Positions 50,420 to 59,605 of a stretch of DNA of 64,000 nucleotides are shown piece by piece (position 1 is the stretch's first letter; each line of letters begins with the position of its first letter). The stretch is from assembly GCA_050287085.1 (NCBI GenBank), contig JBNKBE010000005.1, positions 160,001 through 224,000 on the forward strand, written 5' to 3'. A program made the translations under genes and the position numbers. The stretch is from Polyangiaceae bacterium (GTDB lineage Bacteria; Myxococcota_A; Polyangia; Polyangiales; Polyangiaceae). The notes below the pieces were generated by a model. That model was not told where the DNA came from and did not search any database. It was given only the letters and a program-made list of their open reading frames with translations.

Positions 50420-50578
50420 TACGGCGCTCGCGTCCGCAACTCCACGTCGGGGCCCCCGACGGTCGCCTGTGTGAGCCGGTCGTCGTGGACCTGCTCAGTA
50501 TCAGTCCGGTTCTCCTACTCTGAATTGACTTTCCGAACGTGCGCGACTTAGCTGCCGACATGCAGCGCGAGGCATCTG

Positions 50579-51706
50579 TTGACCGTTGAGGTCCGGGAAG
50601 TGCGACTTGGAGGAAATCTCAAGGATTTCCTTCAAGTCGTGGACTACATCTACCGGGGTGATCCCCACTACGTGAGACCGCTTGATCTTGACGTCAAAGG
50701 ACGGCTTTCGCCCAAGCACCCCTTCTTCGACCACGGACAGGCGGCCATCTTCACCGCCTACCGAAATGGCTACTGCGTTGGACGTATCACTGCGCAAATA
50801 GACCGCCAACACCTGGAGCTACACCAAGATGGCACCGGCTTCTTCGGATTCTTCGATACGACCGACGATCCAGAGGTGGCTCGCGTACTACTCGATCGTG
50901 CAGCGCGTTGGCTCCGCGCCCGTGGCATGCACCGCATGGCAGGCCCCTTCTCGCTAAGCTCGAAAGACGAAGTTGGATGTCTCGTCGACGGTTTCGACTC
51001 CCCCCCCATGTTGATGATGCCCCATCATCGCCCCTATCAGGGTGAGTTGATAGAAGGCGCTGGGCTCAGCCGACTGCGCACCCTCTACGCGTGGCGCTAC
51101 GAGGTAGGCAACGTCAAGCCTCGCGTCCAGAAGGCGGAAGCAGAGATCGATGCCTTGCCGGAGGTTACGTCACGCCACGTGGACATGCGTAACCTCGAAC
51201 GAGACGTGCGACTGATTGTCGATATCACCAATGATGCTTGGTCGGAGCATTGGTTCTTTGCCCCGCTCACGGAGCGAGAGCTCAAGCAAATAGCCGCCGA
51301 CATGAAGCTGCTTGTACGCCCAGAGCTGACGCAACTGGTATTCATAGACGGCGAGCCGGCAGCCGTCGCGCTCGCGCTGCCCAATCTGAACGAAGCCACC
51401 GCCGACTTAAACGGTAAGCTATTCCCCACTGGCATTGCCAAGCTCTTGTATCGGCTCAAGGTTCGTCGCCCGGAAACGGCGCGCCTCGTGTTCTTGGGTA
51501 TTCGCAAGAAATTCCGTAGCCAACGCAAGTACGCTGGTCTGAGCCTGGGCCTATATTCGAAGCTCAACAGCGCCGGGCAAGAGCTCGGTATCCGCTGGGG
51601 AGAACTATCCTGGACCGATGAGCAGAACGGCGCCGTCAACGCCGCCATCAAGATGATGGGAGCCCGCATCTACAAGCGCCTCGCCGTCTACGACCGCCCC
51701 CTATGA
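50579..51706 (+). CDS. Tandem-GNAT protein, bacterial ceramide synthase (bCerS)-like
   Basis: HPFF, VGRITAQID, GFFGFFD, GPF..S..EVGCLVDGF, MMPHH.PY, NDAW..HW.F.P, ALPNLNE, ELSW..E.N. Confidence 0.75.
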   Translation: MTVEVREVRLGGNLKDFLQVVDYIYRGDPHYVRPLDLDVKGRLSPKHPFFDHGQAAIFTAYRNGYCVGRITAQIDRQHLELHQDGTGFFGFFDTTDDPEVARVLLDRAARWLRARGMHRMAGPFSLSSKDEVGCLVDGFDSPPMLMMPHHRPYQGELIEGAGLSRLRTLYAWRYEVGNVKPRVQKAEAEIDALPEVTSRHVDMRNLERDVRLIVDITNDAWSEHWFFAPLTERELKQIAADMKLLVRPELTQLVFIDGEPAAVALALPNLNEATADLNGKLFPTGIAKLLYRLKVRRPETARLVFLGIRKKFRSQRKYAGLSLGLYSKLNSAGQELGIRWGELSWTDEQNGAVNAAIKMMGARIYKRLAVYDRPL

Positions 51707-52698
51707 CCGACACGCTCGTACTTCTCACCGGGGGCTCCGGATTTCTCGGCTCCCACATTGCCGAAGCCCTCGACCAGCAGCGGATCAAGACACGCGCCTT
51801 CGTTCGCCCCAGCAGCGACGTACGCCACCTCGCAACCCTGCGCAATGTCGAGCTGGCATATGGTTCGTTCGAGGACCCCGAAACACTGCGTTCCGCACTC
51901 AAAGGGGTAACCCACGTCCTGCACTGCGCGGGCGTCGTCAAAGCTCGTTCCCGCGAGGACTTCTTTCGCGTCAATGCCGGGGGCACCGAAGCGTTGGTAA
52001 ATGCCGCATTGACGGCGGAGCATCCGATCACTCGATTCGTTCTGGTGTCGAGCCTGACAGTCGCGGGTCCGTCGAAGGACGGTAGCCCGGTTTCAATGGA
52101 CGCGAGACCAAACCCGGTGACCGACTACGGTCGTAGCAAGCTCGCAGCCGAACAGGCGCTGCTTGCTCACAGGGAGCACCTCCCCTCTACGGTGCTACGC
52201 CCGGGTGCTATCTACGGGCCACGGGACACCGAGATTTTGGCGTTCTTCAAAGCGGTTAAGCTCGGGGTATTGCCCCTCACCGGCTCTCCCACCCAGGGAG
52301 TCAGCCTGATCTACGGCCCTGACTGCGCCGCGGCCTGCGTCAAGGCGCTATTTGCCGAGGTTCCCACCGGCAGTGTTTACTGCGTGGAAGATGGCGAGAC
52401 GCTTCCGCTTTCCGAATTGGTCAAGGGTATTGAGGCGGCCATGCACAAGCGAGTGCTGCTGCGCGTACCAATCCCCCGCTCGGTGCTCTATGGTGCCGCG
52501 CTCGGTTCGGAACTCGGCGGGAGGCTTCTCGGGCGCGCCATGATGCTGACGCGCGACAAGTGCAACGAGCTATTGGCTCCTCACTGGGTATGTGATGCGA
52601 GCAAGACGCGCCGCGCGCTGGACTGGGCGCCAAGCGTAGACTTCAAGACGGGGGCGCGGCTAACAGCCGAATGGTATCGCCGCCACCGCTGGCTCTAG
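51703..52698 (+). CDS. Extended SDR / NAD-dependent epimerase-dehydratase, putative oxidised-ceramide or 3-ketosphinganine reductase
   Basis: TGGSGFLG, HCAG, VSS, YGRSK, RPGAIYGP. ATGA overlap with the GNAT gene. Confidence 0.8.
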   Translation: MTDTLVLLTGGSGFLGSHIAEALDQQRIKTRAFVRPSSDVRHLATLRNVELAYGSFEDPETLRSALKGVTHVLHCAGVVKARSREDFFRVNAGGTEALVNAALTAEHPITRFVLVSSLTVAGPSKDGSPVSMDARPNPVTDYGRSKLAAEQALLAHREHLPSTVLRPGAIYGPRDTEILAFFKAVKLGVLPLTGSPTQGVSLIYGPDCAAACVKALFAEVPTGSVYCVEDGETLPLSELVKGIEAAMHKRVLLRVPIPRSVLYGAALGSELGGRLLGRAMMLTRDKCNELLAPHWVCDASKTRRALDWAPSVDFKTGARLTAEWYRRHRWL

Positions 52699-52701
52699 CT
52701 T

Positions 52702-53259
52702 TCAGCGCCCCAAACGGAAGAACTCAGCCCCCGCCACCTCCAAGGAGGTCGGACGATTCTTGGGGGTCAAGGCCAACGCATCAACCGCTTCGGTGTCAAC
52801 GTAGAGGCCTGGACCCCATGCCGAGTCTTCGTCGGGGGCTCCGTGGGTCGCCGCGTCCAGGTAGAGCGCGCGGCGTAAGGGCTCGCTTGGCAGCGACACG
52901 TGACGCACTTCGACATCCGCTATCGCCTGCACGCTAGGCGCTTCTCCAAGCACCCACCGGCCGCCATGGGTCAGGGCACACGCCGTACGAAAGTCGCTTT
53001 CGGCGAGCTCGACGCGAAGCGCCTTGGCCCACGCGATGGGGCTCTGACAATGCTCCCCTTCCGACCATTCAACGTAGACACCGTGCCCCAGTCGCATGAC
53101 GACAGGTGACGTCGCCAATGGCTCGCGGGAGAGTCGCTCCAAGACCAGTCGCTCAAATAAGGTGAAGCGTTCGACAAAGGCTTGGTCGACACCGGCGTAT
53201 TCATCATCTTCGATGTCGAAATAGGCGATCCAAAGCCCAAATGCGTTCTCGTCGTGCAC
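52702..53259 (-). CDS. Hypothetical protein, possibly a degenerate class III nucleotide cyclase fold
   Basis: IAYFDI, RLGHGVYV, ALTHG, SEPLRRALYLD, PGLYVD occur in cyclase-like order. Confidence 0.6.
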   Translation of the reverse strand: MHDENAFGLWIAYFDIEDDEYAGVDQAFVERFTLFERLVLERLSREPLATSPVVMRLGHGVYVEWSEGEHCQSPIAWAKALRVELAESDFRTACALTHGGRWVLGEAPSVQAIADVEVRHVSLPSEPLRRALYLDAATHGAPDEDSAWGPGLYVDTEAVDALALTPKNRPTSLEVAGAEFFRLGR

Positions 53260-53428
53260 GACGGGTTGGCATAGCCAAGCGCAGCAGCCCTGACAACCGC
53301 GTCCCGCATACGAAGCGCCAAGACATCCCGTCCCGCACCGCTAGGACGAAAGGCGCCGAGGTATTTCCTGGCAAGCAGGCACGTTCAGTGGTGCGGAAGC
53401 GCGAACTGGGCTAGCCTCCACCCCCAGC

Positions 53429-55159
53429 ATGACTGAGCCCCAAGCCACGCCAAGTACGGTGCTCGCGGCCTACCTGGAACGCTTCATCGACGGCCGCCGG
53501 GTCATCGTATTCGGCAACTGTAAGGGCGAGCTCGCGTCTCGACTGTTGGAACGGGGCGCGCGCCTGGTCCACGTCTACGACACCGACGTCGGCCGAGTCG
53601 CCGAGGCCACCGCTCGTGGGGCGTCCCAAGACGTCACCTTTGCCCCCCTTGGCGAACAGGGGGTTGCCGTTCGCGACGGGGCCTTCGACCTGGGCATCAT
53701 CGAGAATATGGCAGCCCACGCCAATCCAGGCGACCTGGTGCGGCGTATGCGTCGCGCACTCGCCGCCCGTGGGGCTCTTGTCGTGGCCAGCCCAAACCCC
53801 GAAGCGGAAGCACCGCTCGTTTCGCCCCCAGCGCAGAATACTGAAGGGCCAAGCTACTACGAGCTCTACGATCTGGTCGGGGCAGAGTTCGACGAAGTGG
53901 CCATGGTGGGGCAAACACCCTTTCTTGGCTACGCGCTAGCCAACTTTCAGAAGCAAGACAGCAACGAATTCTCCATCGACACCGGCTTCGTCCCTGGGGG
54001 TGCCGAGGAATGCGACTGGTTCTTGGCGGTGGGCAGCCACTTTCCTCTCGAACTCGACGCCTTTTCGGTCATTCAGATGGAGGTGCGCGCGCTTCTGCCA
54101 AGGAATCCGGCTCAAGGCGGGTCTCAGTCGGAAATCGCCCGACTCCAAAAGAAGCTGGAATTTGCCGATCAACGGCTGCTCGCAGCCGAAGAAGAACTCA
54201 ACGCAACCCGCGACTCACAAGCCCATACGAGCGCGTCCACACAGACAAGCACGGTCCGGGAGCAAGCGCTGCGGGTGGAGCTCGAAGCGCTGCGGGCAGA
54301 GATTGAGACGCGCAAAGACGAGCTCGCACGCGCCCAGGCCGCACTCGAGGAGCAACGCCTCGAAGTGCAGAAGGTATACGCCAAGGGTCAGCCTCTGCAG
54401 GTCGAACTCGATCGAGTTCAGGCAGAACTCGCAGAACGCACCAGCTGGATCACCGAACTCGAAGAACGGGCGGCAACCGCAGATGCTAGGGCCGACCAGG
54501 CCGAAGAGGCGCTGGACGAGCTACGGAATGCCCACTTGCTTGGTGCCGACGCGAGCCCAGCGGACGGCTCCTGCCAGCAGCCCGATGCCTCGGCGGGGGA
54601 TAAGCTCCAGCAAGCCGCGAGCGACAATGAAAGCCTGACGGGGGAACTTGCCGCCCGCAGCGAGGAGCTAGAAAGACTGCGTGCCGAACTGGCTGCGCGC
54701 GACGCAGAGCTCCTACCACTGCGTCGGCAGCTAGAGCAGCAGCAGCGCAAGTTCGAGGAGGAGCGCGCCGAGTTCGAACAGCAGCGCAGTGAGCTCGAAG
54801 AGCAGCGCAGCGCTTTCGAACAGCAGCGCAGTGAGCTCGAACACTTGCGCGATGAGCTCGCAAGCGCCCGCAACAGCATGCAAGACGTCAGCCGCGATGC
54901 AGCGAGCCTCGAAGCCACCCTGCGTCAGCAAGCACAACGAGTACGAACGCTTGAGAGTGAGCTTCAAACCACCGAGCGCTTCGCGCAGGAGCTCCTGGCT
55001 CGGACGGCCGAACCCGAGAGCGCCGGCGAGATGCCTGAACTCCCCGAGCTGCAAGAACAGCTGAACTCGCTCGCAGCCCGCGACGCCCAGCGCGTGGCAG
55101 ACCTACAGGCCGCGGAGTGGACCATCGATGAGCTGCAACGGCAGCTCGGCTCGCCGTGA
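53429..55159 (+). CDS. Degenerate class I methyltransferase-like domain fused to a long coiled coil
   Basis: GRRVIVFG..GE, HVYD, DGAFDL, RRALAARGALVVASPN, followed by ~340 aa of Glu/Arg/Leu/Gln heptads. Confidence 0.8.
   Translation: MTEPQATPSTVLAAYLERFIDGRRVIVFGNCKGELASRLLERGARLVHVYDTDVGRVAEATARGASQDVTFAPLGEQGVAVRDGAFDLGIIENMAAHANPGDLVRRMRRALAARGALVVASPNPEAEAPLVSPPAQNTEGPSYYELYDLVGAEFDEVAMVGQTPFLGYALANFQKQDSNEFSIDTGFVPGGAEECDWFLAVGSHFPLELDAFSVIQMEVRALLPRNPAQGGSQSEIARLQKKLEFADQRLLAAEEELNATRDSQAHTSASTQTSTVREQALRVELEALRAEIETRKDELARAQAALEEQRLEVQKVYAKGQPLQVELDRVQAELAERTSWITELEERAATADARADQAEEALDELRNAHLLGADASPADGSCQQPDASAGDKLQQAASDNESLTGELAARSEELERLRAELAARDAELLPLRRQLEQQQRKFEEERAEFEQQRSELEEQRSAFEQQRSELEHLRDELASARNSMQDVSRDAASLEATLRQQAQRVRTLESELQTTERFAQELLARTAEPESAGEMPELPELQEQLNSLAARDAQRVADLQAAEWTIDELQRQLGSP
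54773..54841 (+). repeat. Exact 27-bp direct repeat with 42-bp period (FEQQRSELE x2) in the coiled coil
   Basis: ttcgaacagcagcgcagtgagctcgaa at 54773 and 54815. Confidence 0.9.
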
Positions 55160-55278
55160 CACTATCGCCTCCAAGGCAGTGAGCGGGCTTCGTTTCACAA
55201 CGAGTCGCTCTAGCAGCGCGGCCAGCAGCTCGGGCCCGCCGGTTGGAAACCCCTTTCACTCACAACCCGGCGCGGCCG

Positions 55279-55306
55279 TTGACATTGTGCGCACAGGCCT
55301 TAGGTT
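55279..55306 (+). promoter_or_regulatory. Possible sigma-70-type promoter of dnaJ
   Basis: TTGACA-N16-TAGGTT, 29 nt upstream of the ATG. Confidence 0.4.
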
Positions 55307-55335
55307 GCGGCGGGTTTTTTCCCAGCGGACGGAAA

Positions 55336-56406
55336 ATGAGCGAAAAGCGCGATTATTACGAGGTCATCGGAGTCTCCCGCGACGCGGGGGAGGACGAGAT
55401 TCGGCGAGCCTATCGGAAGCTAGCGCTCAAGTACCATCCCGACCGGAATCAGGGAGACGCCGAGGCCGAATCCAAATTCAAAGAGGCCACCGAAGCGTTC
55501 TCGGTGCTGTCTGATAGCGAGAAGCGAGCCGCCTACGATCGCTTTGGTCATGCCGGCCTCAATGGCGGCGCCGGCTTCGACTTCTCCGGTGCTGGCATGG
55601 GAGACATCTTCAGCCAGTTCCAGGACATGTTCTCGGACTTCTTTGGAGGCGGCCCCACCGGGGGTCAGCGCCGCCGCGGCGATCGCGGACGGGACGTTCG
55701 AGTCGAAGAAACCATCACTCTGGCGGAAGCCATGACGGGTTTGAAGCGTGAGGTGCAAATCCGCGGTGAAGCAGCCTGTGAGACGTGCAAAGGCAGTGGG
55801 GCAGCCACGCCGAACGCAAAGCAAGCTTGTGTGCAATGTGGCGGCAGCGGTCAGGTGCGCACTCAGCGTGGTTTCATCATGTTCAGCACGCACTGCCCCC
55901 GCTGCCACGGACAAGGACAGATTATCACTGATCCTTGCAAGACCTGTGACGGCCGCGGGGTGACGCTTCGCACTCGCAACGTCGCAGTCAGCTTTCCCGC
56001 CGGCATCGACGGCGGCCAGCGACTAAGAGTCCCGGGACAAGGCATGCCAGGTCCGGGTGGCGCCCCCGCGGGTGATCTCTACGTCGACGTTGAACTGGCG
56101 GAAGATCCGCGATTCGAACGCGATGGCAATGATCTGGTGACCCGTCACACGCTTTCTTTTGCCGATGCGGCCCTCGGCACCGAGTGCCGCATCGAATTGC
56201 CCAACGAGGAAGTCGTGGTGTTCGACGTTCCCGAGGGAACGCAACCTGGCACCGTACTGACGGTTCGTGACAAGGGCATGCCCGCCCTGCAGGGGCGTGG
56301 ACCTCGAGGGAGTCTACACGTCGTGACCAACGTGCAGGTCCCGCGCAAACTGAGCAAGAAAGCCAAGAAGCTGCTGGACGAGCTGGACAAGGAGCTGCAG
56401 CACTGA
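55336..56406 (+). CDS. dnaJ: Chaperone DnaJ
   Basis: J-domain HPD, G/F region, four CxxCxGxG repeats. Start ATG 55336. Confidence 0.97.
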   Translation: MSEKRDYYEVIGVSRDAGEDEIRRAYRKLALKYHPDRNQGDAEAESKFKEATEAFSVLSDSEKRAAYDRFGHAGLNGGAGFDFSGAGMGDIFSQFQDMFSDFFGGGPTGGQRRRGDRGRDVRVEETITLAEAMTGLKREVQIRGEAACETCKGSGAATPNAKQACVQCGGSGQVRTQRGFIMFSTHCPRCHGQGQIITDPCKTCDGRGVTLRTRNVAVSFPAGIDGGQRLRVPGQGMPGPGGAPAGDLYVDVELAEDPRFERDGNDLVTRHTLSFADAALGTECRIELPNEEVVVFDVPEGTQPGTVLTVRDKGMPALQGRGPRGSLHVVTNVQVPRKLSKKAKKLLDELDKELQH

Positions 56407-56461
56407 GCGCTCAAGCGGTCGGTCGAGAGTGCAAGAGCTACGCGCTCCCCAGACGGCGGCA

Positions 56462-57766
56462 TCAGGAGGCGACTTGCCGCAGACGACTCAGAGTCTCCCC
56501 CAAGGTCGAGCGCTCTTCCAAGCGCTGTCCAAGAAAGGCTTCAATGTCACTCAGGTGTGTCAGAGCCCGATCGACCAAAGGATCGGCGCCGCGCTTGTAC
56601 GCTCCTAGTTGGATCAGTTCGCGCTGAGTCTCGTAGGCTAGCAACACGCGACGGAAGTCCAGGGCCAGGGCATTGTGTTCTCGATCGACGCACTGGTTCA
56701 TCACTCGCGACAACGAGGCGCCAACATCGACCGCGGGGTACCGCCCCCGGGCTGCAAGTTCTCGACTGAGCACGATATGACCGTCGACCGTGCCCCGCAC
56801 CTCGTCGGCGATCGGCTCCTCCATATCTGAGCCCTCCACCAGGACCGTGTACACAGCCGTGATCGACCCCTTGTCGCTTTGCCCCGCGCGCTCGAGCAAA
56901 CGCGGCAACGCCGAAAACACGCTGGGAGGATAGCCACGTCGGGTAGGCGGCTCCCCAGCGGCTAGCCCTACCTCGCGCAACGCCCGGGCGTAGCGCGTCA
57001 CCGAGTCGACCAACAACAGGACTCGCAGTCCTTGATCGCGGAAGTGTTCAGCTATCGCGGTAGCGGTTTGAGCCGCGCGCAGGCGCTCCATGGCGGGCGC
57101 ATCGCTAGTGGCAACGACAACGACGGAACGCGCTAGGGCATCCCCCAGCGTTTCGTGGAGAAACTCCCCAACCTCCCTACCGCGTTCACCCACAAGCCCC
57201 ACCACGATCACGTCCGCAGCTGTCCCACGTGTGATCGCTCCCAACAAGGTGCTCTTCCCCACACCGGATCCCGCGAACAGGCCGATGCGTTGTCCAGCTC
57301 CGAACGTGAGCAACGCGTCGATCACTCGAACCCCCGTAACCAACACCTCGCTCACGGGCTTGCGGGACAACGCTGGGGGCGCCGAAGCCTCCACCTCTAC
57401 CGAGCTCAATTCCCCCTGCAAGGGTCCCCCCTCGAGCGGACGACCAAGTCCATCCACAACTCGCCCAAGAAGCCCCGCGCCCACCGGTACGGTCAGGCGG
57501 CCCCCCAGAGCCTGCACCGGATCGTCGGGTCCGACGCCAACCAGCTCCCCCAAGGGAAAGGCGAGCACTGCCCCTGGTTCGAACCCGACCACCTCGGCTA
57601 GCAACGGGTGGCCCGTGCGTTCAATGCGCACCAGATCACCCACGCGAGCCGCTGGCAGCTGGAGTCGCAGCGCCGTTCCCGTCACCGCCAGAACCCGACC
57701 CGACGGTTTGACCGTCCGAGTCTGCGACAGCGAGCGACGAAGGGCCGCGGGATCGAAGTCGGGCAC
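56462..57766 (-). CDS. FliI/YscN-family type III export ATPase
   Basis: GQRIGLFAGSGVGKSTL, VGERGREV, DSVTRYARALRE, GEPP..GYPPSV, LLERAG, EPIADEVRG, DGHIVLSR. Start GTG 57766 (or 57823). Confidence 0.93.
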   Translation of the reverse strand: MPDFDPAALRRSLSQTRTVKPSGRVLAVTGTALRLQLPAARVGDLVRIERTGHPLLAEVVGFEPGAVLAFPLGELVGVGPDDPVQALGGRLTVPVGAGLLGRVVDGLGRPLEGGPLQGELSSVEVEASAPPALSRKPVSEVLVTGVRVIDALLTFGAGQRIGLFAGSGVGKSTLLGAITRGTAADVIVVGLVGERGREVGEFLHETLGDALARSVVVVATSDAPAMERLRAAQTATAIAEHFRDQGLRVLLLVDSVTRYARALREVGLAAGEPPTRRGYPPSVFSALPRLLERAGQSDKGSITAVYTVLVEGSDMEEPIADEVRGTVDGHIVLSRELAARGRYPAVDVGASLSRVMNQCVDREHNALALDFRRVLLAYETQRELIQLGAYKRGADPLVDRALTHLSDIEAFLGQRLEERSTLGETLSRLRQVAS

Positions 57767-57939
57767 GCGAGGAGCTTCGGCGAAAACCAGGCTCGGGACA
57801 AGGAATGTCCGACCTGATCGCATGGCGCGGGACTGTACGAGCGCACAGTGGTAGGACGATCAGCATGACGGATGGCCTGAGCGAAGCGCTCAACACCCCG
57901 AGCGCCCTGGTGGATCTCGGACTGGGGGGTGACGGGAGC

Positions 57940-58806
57940 ATGATACAACCCCACGCCATGGGACGACGCGGAGCCACGAGAGGGCGCGAAGGAGCGGAAT
58001 CCCCCAAGCGTCGCGCGGCCTTGTCCGCGTCGGACGCAGGCGCAACGCCAGAGGCCGTAGCCCCCAGCGCAGGTGATAGCCACAGCGAATACCACCTATC
58101 GCTCGGTGACGCCGTTACCTGGCTTGAAGGTTTGGACTCGTCAAGCGTCGACCTCATCGTCACCGATCCCCCCTACGAGTCCTTGGAGAAGCACCGGGCC
58201 GTCGGAACCACAACCCGCCTGAAACACAGCAAGGCGTCGAGCAACGACTGGTTTCGGATCTTCCCCAACGAGCGCTTTCCCGAACTATTTGCGCAGCTCT
58301 ACCGAGTATTGCGTCCGCATCGACACTTCTATCTATTCTGCGACGCGGAGACCATGTTCGTCGCCAAGCCGGCGGCGGAAGCCGCTGGGTTCAAGTTCTG
58401 GAAACCACTAGTGTGGGACAAGCGGAAGATCGGGATGGGTTATCACTATCGAGCCCGCTACGAGTTCATTCTCTTTTTCGAGAAGGGAAAACGCAAGCTC
58501 AGCGATCTAGGCATTGCCGACATTCTAGAGTGTCCTCGCATCTTCAAGGGCTACCCCACCGAAAAGCCGGCACACCTCAGTCGGCTGTTGATCGAGCAAA
58601 GTACCGACCCAGGGGAACTAGTGGTCGATCCATTCATGGGCTCCGGCTCAGTCGGAGTCGCCGCGCTCGAGTCTCGGCGCAGCTTCCTGGGCAACGATAT
58701 TTCCTCGCAAGCGCTCGAACACACACAAACGCGCCTCGCGGCGTTAGGCCAAAACCAGCCATCGTTACTGCAGACACGTCTAAACAGACAATCACGCCTG
58801 CTATGA
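57940..58806 (+). CDS. N6A/N4C DNA methyltransferase, beta class
   Basis: Motif IV TDPPY precedes motif I DPFMGSGS; also YPTEKP and VWDK. Start uncertain (57805-57958). Confidence 0.92.
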   Translation: MIQPHAMGRRGATRGREGAESPKRRAALSASDAGATPEAVAPSAGDSHSEYHLSLGDAVTWLEGLDSSSVDLIVTDPPYESLEKHRAVGTTTRLKHSKASSNDWFRIFPNERFPELFAQLYRVLRPHRHFYLFCDAETMFVAKPAAEAAGFKFWKPLVWDKRKIGMGYHYRARYEFILFFEKGKRKLSDLGIADILECPRIFKGYPTEKPAHLSRLLIEQSTDPGELVVDPFMGSGSVGVAALESRRSFLGNDISSQALEHTQTRLAALGQNQPSLLQTRLNRQSRLL

Positions 58807-58816
58807 AACAATCTCC

Positions 58817-59413
58817 ATGACCGGCAACGAGTATCGCAAGCTCATTGGCCGCTACCTCGTGAAGAACTACGCCGCACGCGGCCTAGAGATCTATGAAGAG
58901 GTGCACCTTGGCACTTCGATCATAGGCAAGCAGCGCCGCGTAGACTTATTTGTCGTGGGCCGCAGCGGCACCGTGCTGGCGGTCGAATGCAAATACCAAG
59001 ACTCCGCGGGGACCGTGGACGAGAAGATCCCCTACGCGCTAACAGACATGCGGGCTCAGCGCGTACCCGGCGCACTGGTCTACGCCGGACGGGGCTTTTC
59101 ACCTGGGGTCCTCCATTTACTGCAGGGGTCGGAAGAGGCAGCCTATTGCTTGCCCGACGCCGACACCCTTGAAACAGTTGCCCGAAAGAACGGTCCCTTG
59201 GACGCAGGAACCTGGCAGTTGGACCACCTGCTCGCCCAAACGTTCGGCTTCTGGGATATCGTGGTGGGCAACCGCAAGCCCCTCACCTTGGAAGCCCCCA
59301 CGCGCAAGTCGTCCTCCGACGCAGAGCAAAGCAAGGCGCCGGACGGGCATCAAGCGGATGCGCTAGGGAACGATTCAGCCGAAGCCGATAAGTCCCAACA
59401 AGGAGAACAATGA
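58817..59413 (+). CDS. PD-(D/E)XK nuclease superfamily protein
   Basis: RRVDLFV ... LAVECKYQ..GTVDEKIPY; begins 10 nt after the MTase. Confidence 0.8.
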   Translation: MTGNEYRKLIGRYLVKNYAARGLEIYEEVHLGTSIIGKQRRVDLFVVGRSGTVLAVECKYQDSAGTVDEKIPYALTDMRAQRVPGALVYAGRGFSPGVLHLLQGSEEAAYCLPDADTLETVARKNGPLDAGTWQLDHLLAQTFGFWDIVVGNRKPLTLEAPTRKSSSDAEQSKAPDGHQADALGNDSAEADKSQQGEQ

Positions 59414-59605
59414 GAACCCGCCAAGGCCGATCGCGCTCACTCCAAAAACCATCACGGCCGTAACATCCAGGCCTTCATTGGGCTCTATCCTCGCTCGTTT
59501 CGACGGCTGGCATCTTTCCGTTGGCTGGACCTGAACTACGCCACCGCGACCTAGGATGAACGAGATGCCATGGAGTGTGGCACTGGATTGCAGCTTGTTG
59601 GTCAT
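59375..59605 (-). CDS. Possible small protein with a C-terminal TM segment
   Basis: ATG preceded by GGGAG; hydrophobic C-terminus; overlaps the nuclease 3' end by 39 nt. Confidence 0.3.
   Translation of the reverse strand: MTNKLQSSATLHGISFILGRGGVVQVQPTERCQPSKRARIEPNEGLDVTAVMVFGVSAIGLGGFSLFSLLGLIGFG

Noticed and set aside
56462..57766. F1 ATP synthase beta subunit
   Set aside because: FAGSGVGKS and GEPP..GYPPSV are FliI/YscN signatures, and no atp operon is present.
59578..59592. Sigma-54-like TGGCAC..TTGCA
   Set aside because: GG-to-GC spacing is 9 nt instead of the required 10.
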